A DNA stretch of 64,000 bases from Firmicutes bacterium UBA4845. Its GTDB lineage: Bacteria; Bacillota; Clostridia; Tissierellales; Sedimentibacteraceae. Both the position numbers and the translations under genes were made by a program. The notes beneath the pieces were generated by a model. It worked only from the letters and a program-made list of their open reading frames with translations. It was not told the origin of the DNA and ran no database searches. Position 1 is the first letter of the stretch, and every line of letters starts with the position of its first letter. Shown one piece after another: positions 19,294 through 28,808 of the stretch. The DNA is taken from the NCBI GenBank assembly GCA_002399975.1, contig DHER01000114.1, forward strand, positions 999 to 64,998, in the 5' to 3' direction.

Positions 19294-19728
19294 ATGTTTT
19301 ATTTAAATAGGGAACAAATTAAAGAAATAATTCCTCACCGAGATCCAATGCTTCTAATTGACGAGGTTTTGGAAATGATACCGGAAAAAAGTATTAAAGC
19401 AAGATTTTTTGTTAATTCAGACAGAGAAATTTTCAAAGGCCATTTTCCAGGACAGCCTGTATTCCCAGGAGTTTATACGGTGGAGTGTATGGCACAGGCA
19501 TCGGATATTCTGCTGTTATCCATAGATAGATACAAAGGTACCATTCCATTATTTATTGGAATAAATAATGTTAAATTTCTGAGTAAAATAAATCCTGGTG
19601 ACACCATTGAAATAAATTCGAAAATTATCGTGGAACGAATGAATAAAGGTATAGTAACATGTTGTGCAGAAGTTTTTAACAGCGGAGAACCGGCTGCTAC
19701 TGGAGAAGTAACATTGGCAATGCGTTAG
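19294..19728 (+). CDS. FabZ-family hot-dog (R)-3-hydroxyacyl-thioester dehydratase
   Basis: IPHRDPMLLID, FKGHFPGQPVFPGV..ECMAQ. Confidence 0.85.
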   Translation: MFYLNREQIKEIIPHRDPMLLIDEVLEMIPEKSIKARFFVNSDREIFKGHFPGQPVFPGVYTVECMAQASDILLLSIDRYKGTIPLFIGINNVKFLSKINPGDTIEINSKIIVERMNKGIVTCCAEVFNSGEPAATGEVTLAMR

Positions 19729-19754
19729 ATTATAATATTTTGAGGGAATCAGAT

Positions 19755-20525
19755 ATGAGTGAACAAATTTTTATGAAAATCATTGATCAAATTGCAACAA
19801 TCAGCATAAACAGATCTGAAGTCTTAAATGCTTTATCAAAGGAAATCATTGATGAAATGGACGAAATGATTGAAAGCATAAAAAACAACAAGGATATCAG
19901 AGTACTTGTTTTCTACAGTAAAGACAATTTTGCAGCAGGAGCAGATATTAAGGCAATGGCTAAATGCAATTCTAAGCAGGCGAAAGAATTTGTTTTTACA
20001 CAGACCTACAACAAGATATATGATTTGTCTATTCCAACAATTGCTGCTATTGATGGATACGCATTTGGAGGAGGACTGGAGCTTGCTTTAACATGTGATT
20101 TCAGAATATCCAGCAAAAATTCTAAAATGGGTCTGACCGAACTGAATCTTGGAATTATGCCGGGGGCCGGAGGTACTGTAAGGTTAGCAAGAATAATAGG
20201 CGAGTCAAAAGCCAAAGAAATGATTTTTCTGAGCAAGATTGTAGATGGTGAAGAGGCGGAAAAAATAGGACTTGTCAATGCTGCAGTTGAAAAAGAAGAA
20301 TTGTATTCAACTGCATTAAGATGGGGTGAAAAATTAAAACGAAAAAGCAGTATATCTCTTGCATATGCAAAAAAATCAATAGAAAACGGAATTTGTGATA
20401 CGGATATTCATTCTTCCACCAATATGGAATCAGAAATTTGGGCGTCATTGTTTGACACATATGATCAGAAGGAAGGAATGAATGCCTTTATAGAAAAGAG
20501 GAAGCCAAAATTTTTAGGTAAGTAA
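19755..20525 (+). CDS. enoyl-CoA hydratase (crotonase family)
   Basis: FAAGADI oxyanion loop; both catalytic Glu present (GGGLEL, GLTELNLG). Confidence 0.88.
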   Translation: MSEQIFMKIIDQIATISINRSEVLNALSKEIIDEMDEMIESIKNNKDIRVLVFYSKDNFAAGADIKAMAKCNSKQAKEFVFTQTYNKIYDLSIPTIAAIDGYAFGGGLELALTCDFRISSKNSKMGLTELNLGIMPGAGGTVRLARIIGESKAKEMIFLSKIVDGEEAEKIGLVNAAVEKEELYSTALRWGEKLKRKSSISLAYAKKSIENGICDTDIHSSTNMESEIWASLFDTYDQKEGMNAFIEKRKPKFLGK

Positions 20526-20551
20526 GAATTATAAGTCGGGAGGAAGATAAA

Positions 20552-21759
20552 TTGAAAAATTGTGTTATAACAAGTGCAGCCAGGACAGCTGTAGGAAAAT
20601 ATCTGGGAAGTTTAAAAACAGTAGAAGCACAGGACTTGGGAAGTGCAGTTTTAAAGGAAGCTGCCAAAAGATCAAATATAGCATTAGATCAAGTTGACCA
20701 GGTTGTTATGGGTGACGTGTATGGCTATACACCTAATGTTTCAAGATGTGCGGCACTAATTGCCGGTATACCTATAACAACTCCGGCATACACAGTGGAC
20801 AGGCAGTGTGCTTCTTCACTTCAGGCAGTGGTAAGTGCCATATATGAAATAGCTGCCGAAGAGGCGGATGTAATTTTGCCGGAGGAGTAGAAGTTATGTC
20901 AAGGCTGACCTATTACCTGGATCCTTCAGCAAGGTATGAGCCGCTTAAGTTAGGCAATAAGACTCTCCATGATACGTTCACCACTGGAGTTACCCTTGTT
21001 CAGCCGAGATCCTTATACCCCGGATTAAATATGGGCATTACTGCTGAAAATGTTGCAGATAAATATAACATTTCAAGAGAGGAGCAGGACTTGTTTGCCT
21101 TGGACAGCCAGCGTAAGACGAAAGCAGCAATGGATGCCGGAAGATTTAAAGAAGAAATAGTTCCATATGAAGTGAAGCTTAAGAAGAGCAGTTTTATATT
21201 TGATACTGATGAGCATCCCAGACCGGATACAACTATGGAAATACTTAAAAAACTGAAACCTGCATTTAAGGAAGGAGGAACGGTGACAGCAGGCAACTCA
21301 TCTGGAATGAACGATGGAGCCTCTGCAGTTGTTGTTATGTCAGAAGAAAAAGCAATTGAACTCGGTTGTAAGCCTTTAGTCAAAATTATAAGCCATAGCA
21401 GCGTAGGGGTTGACCCGGCTATAATGGGGATAGGCCCGGTACCGGCAATAAAAAAAGCTCTGAAAAAGGCCGGTCTGACTTTGGAAGATATAGATTTGTT
21501 TGAAATAAATGAAGCATTTGCCGCACAGTCATTAGCTGTTCTGAAGGAACTTGGTATGAATATGGGTAGCAGACCTTATGAGAGAGTAAATGTAAATGGA
21601 GGGGCTATTGCACATGGACATGCACTGGCAAACAGCGGAACAAGATTGCTGACAACGCTGATTTACGAGCTAAAAAGAAGAAATGCCCGTTACGGAGTCG
21701 TAAGCCTTTGCATTGGCGGAGGACAGGGAATGGCAATGGTAGTTGAAAACTGCAGGTAG
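20552..21759 (+). pseudogene. acetyl-CoA C-acyltransferase (thiolase) split by a single-base deletion at about 20874-20878
   Basis: ORF 20552-20890 (QCASS) plus ORF 20896-21759 ([16 protein letters not shown]); one extra base restores VI(F/L)AGGVEVMS and a 402-aa thiolase. Confidence 0.85.
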
Positions 21760-21788
21760 AAATATTATAAATTGATTTGGGAGGATAT

Positions 21789-22646
21789 ATGGAAATAAAA
21801 AAAGTTGGTGTTGTTGGCGCCGGAATGATGGGAGCGGAAATTGGTCTTTGTTTTGCAAAATGTGGTTATGAGGTTGTATTAGTTGACAGAACTGTTGAAC
21901 TGGCAGAGAAAGGTAAGGAAAAACAGGCATCTGCTTTAGATAAGAGCATAAAAAAAGGAAAATTTGATGCTGATGAAAGAGAAGGTGTTTTAGGCAGAGT
22001 AACAGCAACATGTGATTATAAAGATTTACATGACTGTGACCTGGTAATTGAGGCTGTTTTTGAATCGTATGATGTTAAGACTGCAACCTACAAGGAGTTA
22101 GAAAAAGTATGTAATCCTGAATGCATAATTGCTTCAAATACATCAAGTATTTCAATTACAAAACTGGCATCAGGAGTAAGCAGAGAAAGAGCAGAAAAAT
22201 TTATAGGTACTCACTTTAATTCGCCTGCAAGCATAATGAAGTTAGTTGAAGTAATCCCGGGACACCTGACCGACGGTGGGGTTACAAACCAAGTTATTGA
22301 TATGCTAAAGCATATTGGAAAAGAGCCTGTTAAAGTGAAAGATGTGACAGGATTTGCATTAAACAGGTTATTCCACGTATTTTCGTCTGAGGCATGTCGT
22401 CTTTTAGAGGAAGGCGTAGCAACGGCAGAGGATATAGATAAGATATGTGTGTATGGGCTTGGGCATCCGGTAGGAATCTTCAGGCTTCTTGATAATATGG
22501 GACATGATTTAAATATTTCCGTAGATAAAATTCTATTTGATGCCTATGGCGAAAGATTCAGACCCAGCCAGGAAATGCAGCGCCTTGTAGATGCCGGGTT
22601 ATATGGCAAAAAATCCGGTGAAGGTTTTTATAAATATGATAAATAA
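21789..22646 (+). CDS. 3-hydroxyacyl-CoA dehydrogenase
   Basis: GAGMMG Rossmann fold, IEAVFE, SNTSSISIT, catalytic His in GTHFNSP, GKKSGEGFY. Confidence 0.9.
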   Translation: MEIKKVGVVGAGMMGAEIGLCFAKCGYEVVLVDRTVELAEKGKEKQASALDKSIKKGKFDADEREGVLGRVTATCDYKDLHDCDLVIEAVFESYDVKTATYKELEKVCNPECIIASNTSSISITKLASGVSRERAEKFIGTHFNSPASIMKLVEVIPGHLTDGGVTNQVIDMLKHIGKEPVKVKDVTGFALNRLFHVFSSEACRLLEEGVATAEDIDKICVYGLGHPVGIFRLLDNMGHDLNISVDKILFDAYGERFRPSQEMQRLVDAGLYGKKSGEGFYKYDK

Positions 22647-22752
22647 ATACTTGAGTAAATTTGTTGCAATACAATTGTTAAAATAAATGCAATTCTGAAT
22701 GGGAGCAATTAATATAAAGTATTTACTTAGTAAAAAGGAAAGGTGGAACAGA

Positions 22753-23976
22753 ATGGAAAATAAGATTACATCGAAGCAGATGCTTGGTGAGTTATTAGAA
22801 AAACATTATAAATCTGCAATCGAAGCAAAAGCTAATGGCAAGATGGTTGCCTGGGCAACATCAATATGTCCGCAGGAATTGCTGGAAACTATGGATATTG
22901 ATGTTGTATATCCTGAAAACCATGCAGCTGCAATTGGCGCAAGAAAATGCGCACCGGAATTTATTGAGCAATCAGAGGGTAAAGGATATTCTTCGGATAT
23001 TTGTTCATATGCAAGGGTAAATATGGGATATGCTGATATTCAGTTCTCCGAAGCAGAAAATATTCCAATGCCGGATCTATTATTTTGCTGCAGCAATATT
23101 TGCAATACCGTAATTAAGTGGTATGAAAATCTTGCTAAAAATTTAGGCATACCATTAATTATGTTTGACATGCCTTTTAACCATACTTATGAAGTTCCTG
23201 AATATAGTGTCAAATATATGAGGTCACAAATAGAGTATGCAATTAAAAAGCTGGAGGAAATTACAGGGAAAAAATTTGATTTTGATAATTTTGCAGAAGT
23301 TATGAAGCTTTCAAATGAAACCTGTGAGTGGTGGAAAAAGGCTACGGATCTTGCAGTAAATATTCCGTCACCTTTAAAAGGATTCGACATGTTTAACTAC
23401 ATGGCGCTGATTGTTTGCATGAGAGGTAAAAAAGAAGGCAAAGAATTATACAAACTTTGGTATGAAGAATTAAAGGAAAAGTCTGAAAAAGGGATTGGGC
23501 CATTTCGCGATCAGGAAGAAAAATACAGAGTAATGTGGGATGGAATTGCCTGTTGGCCAAATTTGTCAGTAACATACAAAACATTGAAAAAATATGGTAT
23601 CAACATGGTTACATCAACATATCCGGAATCATGGAATGTAAGATATGAAACGAATGATTTGGATGGAATGGCAAGAGCATACAGTTCAAATTACGCTAAC
23701 AGAAATCTTGAGTATGATGTACAAAATGTATCAAAACTTGTACGAGATTTTAAGCTTGATGGTATCATTTATCATTCAAACAGAAGCTGTAAGCTTATGG
23801 ACTTCAGGCAATATGAAGTTCAAAGAAGAGTTGAAGAAGAAACAGGAGTTCCATCGGTAATATTTGACGGTGATCAAACCGACCCCAGGATATTTTCTGA
23901 AGCACAGTATGAAACGAGAATACAGGCTCTGGTAGAAATGATGGAAAATAATAAAAAGGCTGGGAGGGATAAATAA
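22753..23976 (+). CDS. 2-hydroxyacyl-CoA dehydratase alpha subunit (HgdA/HadB/LcdA family)
   Basis: YPENHAA, DICSY, CSNIC, HSNRSCK, DGDQTDPR. Confidence 0.88.
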   Translation: MENKITSKQMLGELLEKHYKSAIEAKANGKMVAWATSICPQELLETMDIDVVYPENHAAAIGARKCAPEFIEQSEGKGYSSDICSYARVNMGYADIQFSEAENIPMPDLLFCCSNICNTVIKWYENLAKNLGIPLIMFDMPFNHTYEVPEYSVKYMRSQIEYAIKKLEEITGKKFDFDNFAEVMKLSNETCEWWKKATDLAVNIPSPLKGFDMFNYMALIVCMRGKKEGKELYKLWYEELKEKSEKGIGPFRDQEEKYRVMWDGIACWPNLSVTYKTLKKYGINMVTSTYPESWNVRYETNDLDGMARAYSSNYANRNLEYDVQNVSKLVRDFKLDGIIYHSNRSCKLMDFRQYEVQRRVEEETGVPSVIFDGDQTDPRIFSEAQYETRIQALVEMMENNKKAGRDK

Positions 23977-25106
23977 TGTCAGAACTGAAAACATTAATAA
24001 GCCAGTTAGAGAATATAGCGTTAAATCCGGGCAAATCAGTGGCAAAGTCAGTAAAAGATACCGGTAAGGAACCTATAGGCTGTTTTCCTATTTATACTCC
24101 GGAAGAAATAGTATACGCAGCAGGCTATCTGCCTGTAGGTATGTGGGGCGGAAAAACCGAAATAAAGCAGGCAGACAAGTATCTTCAAAGCTTTTGCTGC
24201 TCAATAATGAGGTCTAATATTGAATATGGCATGAAGGGTACATATGATGGATTAAAAGCTGTAATTATCCCGACATTTTGTGATACTCTGAAATGTGTTT
24301 GTGAAAATTGGAAGACTGCGGTGCCGCAAGTGCCTGTTATTACTGTGGTTTATCCTCAGAACAGATTATTAGACGCAGGATATCAGTACCTGGTAACGGA
24401 ATTTAATAGAATAAAGGATGAAATAGAAAAACTAAAGGGTGAAAAAATTTCTTCAAAAAACATGGAAAAGTCATTTTCCATATATGAAAACTATAGAGAA
24501 GCAATGAGAAGTTTTGTTAAAGTTGTAAAAGATTATCCAATTACTATTAATACAAGGACGAGACATTTGATTATTAAAGCAGCATATTTTATGGATAAAA
24601 AAGATTATACAGACATAATAATTCAAATAGTAAATGAGTTAAAAAATAGTTCGGCAGAAAACTTCAACGGCATAAGAGTGGTGGCAACAGGATTGATAGG
24701 TGAACCGGTTGAGCTGTTGAATATATTTGTTGAAAACAATATAGCTGTTGTTGCAGATGATTTTGCGCAGGAATCACGTCAATTCCGTGTTCAGGCAAGA
24801 AATAAGGGAACTGCAATAGAAAAAATGGCTTACAGGATTGTTGATCAAAAAGGATGTACATTTTTATATGAAGAAGTAAAAACTAAAGGGCAAATGCTTA
24901 TCGATATGGTAAAAGAGAGCAAAGCACAGGCTGTGGTTGTGGTAATGATGAAATTTTGTGATCCGGAGGAATTTGATTATCCTATTATTAAGGAAGAAAT
25001 TGAAAAAGCTGATATACCCATGCTTTATATTGAAACGGATATGCAGATGGATTCCTATGAACAAATCAGAACAAGAGTACAGAGTTTTGCAGAAATGTTA
25101 GGCTAA
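23976..25106 (+). CDS. 2-hydroxyacyl-CoA dehydratase beta subunit (HgdB/HadC/LcdB family)
   Basis: FCCSIMRS, FCDTLK, MKFCDPEEFDYP, EQIRTRVQSF. Confidence 0.88.
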   Translation: MSELKTLISQLENIALNPGKSVAKSVKDTGKEPIGCFPIYTPEEIVYAAGYLPVGMWGGKTEIKQADKYLQSFCCSIMRSNIEYGMKGTYDGLKAVIIPTFCDTLKCVCENWKTAVPQVPVITVVYPQNRLLDAGYQYLVTEFNRIKDEIEKLKGEKISSKNMEKSFSIYENYREAMRSFVKVVKDYPITINTRTRHLIIKAAYFMDKKDYTDIIIQIVNELKNSSAENFNGIRVVATGLIGEPVELLNIFVENNIAVVADDFAQESRQFRVQARNKGTAIEKMAYRIVDQKGCTFLYEEVKTKGQMLIDMVKESKAQAVVVVMMKFCDPEEFDYPIIKEEIEKADIPMLYIETDMQMDSYEQIRTRVQSFAEMLG

Positions 25107-25118
25107 GGGGGACAATAT

Positions 25119-25889
25119 ATGTATTTAGGGATAGACATCGGGTCTTCATCATCTAAAGCAGCATTGATAAATGAGAATAAAGAGTTGGTAGCAACTGACT
25201 TGATAAATATGGGTACGGGAACTAAGGGACCTGATGAGACTATTAGTAATGTTCTCAGACTTGCAAAAATAAGCAGAGAGAATATTGCCTTTACGGTTGC
25301 AACAGGATATGGGCGTGTTACATTTAGTGGTGCAGACAGCCAGATAACCGAAATAAGTTGTCATGCAAAAGGTGTTTCATTTATGATGAAGGGTGTGAGA
25401 ACGATAATCGATATCGGTGGTCAGGATGCCAAGGTTATCAAAGTTGGTAATGATGGTAAGGTAAAAAACTTTGTCATGAATGAAAAATGTGCTGCCGGAA
25501 CAGGAAGATTTTTGGAAGTAATGGCAAGAGTACTGGGATGTAAAATAGATGAATTATCAGATTTGGCTGATAAGTCTACAACAGATATTTCCATAAGCAG
25601 TGTTTGTACGGTATTTGCCGAAAGTGAAGTCATTTCACGCTTAGCTTCAGGAGCTGCCATTGAAGATGTGGCAAGGGGTGCACATCTTTCAATAGCAAAA
25701 AGAATAGTGGGAATGTGCAGCAGAGTCGGCTACGAGCCGGTTATAGCTATGACCGGTGGAGTGGCACTAAATAGTAATATAGTAAAAGTTTTAAGCAATG
25801 AATTGGAAAGCAGTGTTATAACGGCTCCGCACACACAAGCTGCAGGGGCTATTGGAGCAGCGTTGTTTGCATATGAAAAAGGCATATAA
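25119..25889 (+). CDS. ATP-dependent [4Fe-4S] activator of the dehydratase (HgdC/HadI family)
   Basis: GIDIGSSSSK, TGYGR, DIGGQD, MNEKCAAGTGRFLE, SSVCTVFAESE. Confidence 0.92.
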   Translation: MYLGIDIGSSSSKAALINENKELVATDLINMGTGTKGPDETISNVLRLAKISRENIAFTVATGYGRVTFSGADSQITEISCHAKGVSFMMKGVRTIIDIGGQDAKVIKVGNDGKVKNFVMNEKCAAGTGRFLEVMARVLGCKIDELSDLADKSTTDISISSVCTVFAESEVISRLASGAAIEDVARGAHLSIAKRIVGMCSRVGYEPVIAMTGGVALNSNIVKVLSNELESSVITAPHTQAAGAIGAALFAYEKGI

Positions 25890-25923
25890 TAAATAAAAGT
25901 ATATTTTTATTAAGGAGATTAGT

Positions 25924-27228
25924 ATGAATTGGAGACAAATATATAAATCAAGACTGACTACAGCAGAAGAAGCTGTAAAGTCTGTTAGATCTGGAGATGG
26001 AGTAGTTCCTTCACATGCGGCGGCAGAGCCGAAACATCTTATAAATGCGCTGATGGCAAGAAAAGATGAACTAAAAGGAGTAGAAATATGGCAGGGCCTT
26101 AACATTGGAGATGCTCCATACGCAAAACCGGAATGTGCCGGGCATTTTGTAAATGTAAGCTTTTTTCTTGGTAAAAATAACAGAAAGTGTATTCAGAGCG
26201 GGCAGGGAGAATTTGTTCCCATACATTTTTATGCACAGCCCAGGGCAATTCGGGAGAGTTTGGTAAAATGTGACGTTGCAATGATAAGCTGCACACCGCC
26301 TGATGAAAATGGATATGTAAATATGGGAGTTTCCTGTGATCAGACAAGAATAGCAGTTGAAAAGGCCAGGGTTACTATTGCGCAGGTTAATAAAAAAGTT
26401 CCGTATACATGCGGTGATACATTAATTCATGTGTCTGAAATTGATCATTTTGTGGAGTATGATGAAGACTTATATGAAATTTCATTGATTGAAAGTGATC
26501 CGATTTCTGAGAAAATCGGATACAATATTGCAGGTCTTATAAATGATGGTGACACTCTTCAAATGGGACAAGGTAAAATTCCAAATGCAATATTAAAATT
26601 TTTAGCTGATAAAAAGGATCTGGGCATTCATTCTGAGGTTTTTTCGGATAATCTTATTCCTCTTGTGAAATCAGGGGTTGTTAATGGGGCTAAGAAGACT
26701 ATAAATAAAGGGAAAATAGTTGCTACGTTTATCCAGGGAACCAGGGATGTATATGATTTTGTTGACAGGAATAATATGATTTGTCTTAAACCTGTGGATT
26801 ACACTAATGATGTTTCAGTAATAGCTCAAAATGATAATATGGTAGCAATAAATTCGGCTCTTGAAGTTGATTTGATGGGACAGGTAGTTGCGGATTCTAT
26901 TGGATATAAAACATTCAGCGGTGTCGGAGGGCAGCTGGACTTTTTGCGTGGGACTGAACAGTCAAAAAATGGCAGGCCTATAATTGCACTTCCTTCTACA
27001 GCTAAGAATGGAACGATTTCAAGAATAGTAGCTGTTTTAAAACCGGGTACACCTGTAACAACAACAAGACAGGATGTACACTATGTTGTTACCGAATATG
27101 GTGTTGCCAATCTTTTTGGAAAGCCAATAAGAGAAAGAGCGAAACTATTGACCAATATTGCTGCACCTAAGTTCAGGGAGCAATTAGAAAGAGAATTCTT
27201 TAATTATTACAAAAGCATAGGTGAATAA
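25924..27228 (+). CDS. acetyl-CoA hydrolase/transferase family CoA transferase (4-hydroxybutyrate CoA-transferase-like)
   Basis: LQMGQGKIP, GIHSEVF catalytic Glu, SGVGGQLDF, VVTEYG. Confidence 0.88.
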   Translation: MNWRQIYKSRLTTAEEAVKSVRSGDGVVPSHAAAEPKHLINALMARKDELKGVEIWQGLNIGDAPYAKPECAGHFVNVSFFLGKNNRKCIQSGQGEFVPIHFYAQPRAIRESLVKCDVAMISCTPPDENGYVNMGVSCDQTRIAVEKARVTIAQVNKKVPYTCGDTLIHVSEIDHFVEYDEDLYEISLIESDPISEKIGYNIAGLINDGDTLQMGQGKIPNAILKFLADKKDLGIHSEVFSDNLIPLVKSGVVNGAKKTINKGKIVATFIQGTRDVYDFVDRNNMICLKPVDYTNDVSVIAQNDNMVAINSALEVDLMGQVVADSIGYKTFSGVGGQLDFLRGTEQSKNGRPIIALPSTAKNGTISRIVAVLKPGTPVTTTRQDVHYVVTEYGVANLFGKPIRERAKLLTNIAAPKFREQLEREFFNYYKSIGE

Positions 27229-27256
27229 TATAAAACCTGGAAGAGGCACAAAAACC

Positions 27257-27284
27257 GGCTGTAGCGAAATTATACGCTACAGCC
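27257..27284. terminator. terminator between convergent genes
   Basis: GGCTGTAGCG-AAATTATA-CGCTACAGCC perfect 10-bp stem. Confidence 0.75.
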
Positions 27285-27299
27285 TTAGTGTACTCAAAG

Positions 27300-28172
27300 T
27301 TAACCGTTGACTATGTCTCCTCCATTTATGTGGATGGTCTGACCTGTCATATATGAAGAACCTTGAGATGCTAAGAATACATATGCCTCTGCCAGTTCAG
27401 CAGGCTGGCCCGGCCTTTTTAGAGGAGTATTCATTCCAAATGTGTCAACTTTTATTTTATCAAAAGTTGAAGGTATGAGAGGAGTCCAGATAGGTCCTGG
27501 AGCTACTTGATTTACCTTTATATTTCTGCCTGCAAGATTGGCCGATAATGATCTTGTAAATGCGGTTATGGCTCCCTTGCTGGCAGAATAATCCACAAGA
27601 TCTGCACTTCCTTTAAAAGCAGTTACTGAACTTGTGTTTATTATTGAGCTCCCTTCCTTCAGATAAGGGAGTGCAGCTCTGGTAAGATAAAACATTGAAA
27701 AAATGTTTGTTCTGAAAGTATCATCCAGTTGCTGGTCCGTAATATCTTCAAAGTTAGCTTGAGGATGCTGTTCTCCTGCATTGTTCACGAGTATGTCAAG
27801 GCTGCCGTAATGTCCGACGGTTCTTTGAACCGCTTCTTTGCAGAAATTTGAATCTCTGATGTTGCCTTTGATAAGGAGAACATTTCCTCCGTAAGATTCA
27901 ATTGCCTTTTTTGTGTCATCTGCGTCGCTGTTTGCTATATTATAAACTATTGCAACTTTGCAGCCTTCCTTTGCGTAAGCCACGGCAACTGCCCTGCCTA
28001 TACCACTGTCACCTCCGGTTATAAGTGCTACCTTGCCTTTTAACCTGCCGTATCCCTTGCAGTTCACATTGTCATAGATTGGTTCGGGCTTCATCCTGCT
28101 TTCCTGACCTGGCATATTTTGAGTCTGTCCTTTGATTTGATCAGGCGTGTACATCTTTTCCTGTAATTTCAT
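27300..28172 (-). CDS. SDR oxidoreductase, general stress protein (YdaD/YhdF-like)
   Basis: PGQESRMKPEP N-terminus, TGGDSGIGRA, YSASKGA, APGPIWTPLIP. Confidence 0.88.
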   Translation of the reverse strand: MKLQEKMYTPDQIKGQTQNMPGQESRMKPEPIYDNVNCKGYGRLKGKVALITGGDSGIGRAVAVAYAKEGCKVAIVYNIANSDADDTKKAIESYGGNVLLIKGNIRDSNFCKEAVQRTVGHYGSLDILVNNAGEQHPQANFEDITDQQLDDTFRTNIFSMFYLTRAALPYLKEGSSIINTSSVTAFKGSADLVDYSASKGAITAFTRSLSANLAGRNIKVNQVAPGPIWTPLIPSTFDKIKVDTFGMNTPLKRPGQPAELAEAYVFLASQGSSYMTGQTIHINGGDIVNG

Positions 28173-28351
28173 TTTTAACCTCCATTTAAAAAATCTCGCA
28201 GTTATATTGTTTCAAATAACAGCGAGATTATTTAGTCTATAATAATTTTTATTTATTTTCTTTCAGTTAAAAAATCCGATTGATACAAATTATATTAACC
28301 GGATTTTTTTCTTAATTATAAATTCGTTAAGCTGACATTATGTTGGTGGTT

Positions 28352-28591
28352 TTATTGACTTTCATAGAGTAGTTCATATTGACTGCCTGAGCAATTTTTG
28401 TAGATGCGTTCAATTTCCGGTTCCATAAGACTTATAGGATTTTCACCGTATATAAGTTTGGCACAAATCCCACAGCTGGAGCTTAACTTTCTTGGCACAG
28501 GCTGCAAAAAGCAAGGTATTTTTAATTTTCTCATTTTATTGTCAAATTTTATAGCTCCGGACTGAGTATGAAAGACTATTGTATAATTCAT
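28352..28591 (-). CDS. DUF3343-family protein
   Basis: FHTQSGAIKF, PVPRKLSSSCG; overlaps the upstream TusA-like gene by 4 nt. Confidence 0.75.
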   Translation of the reverse strand: MNYTIVFHTQSGAIKFDNKMRKLKIPCFLQPVPRKLSSSCGICAKLIYGENPISLMEPEIERIYKNCSGSQYELLYESQ

Positions 28592-28797
28592 TTTGTTCCT
28601 CTTACTGTAAACGTGTCATTTTCTTCTTTTATTTCAACACGGAATCCTTTGCTTGAAAGATATTTCTTTACATTGTTTTTTGATGTACCGCTGTCGGTTA
28701 ATACTTCTATGTTATTTTCACTAGGATTATTATCTATTGCTTTTTTTGTCATCAGTACAGGCTGAGGACAAGACATTCCACATGTATCAATTTGCAT
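28588..28797 (-). CDS. TusA/SirA-family sulfur or selenium carrier
   Basis: IDTCGMSCPQPVLMTKKA motif. Confidence 0.85.
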   Translation of the reverse strand: MQIDTCGMSCPQPVLMTKKAIDNNPSENNIEVLTDSGTSKNNVKKYLSSKGFRVEIKEENDTFTVRGTK

Positions 28798-28808
28798 TTT
28801 ATCACCTC

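Noticed and set aside
20888-20890. Pyrrolysine or other readthrough of the thiolase TAG
   Set aside because: The downstream half is in a different frame; readthrough would not restore the protein
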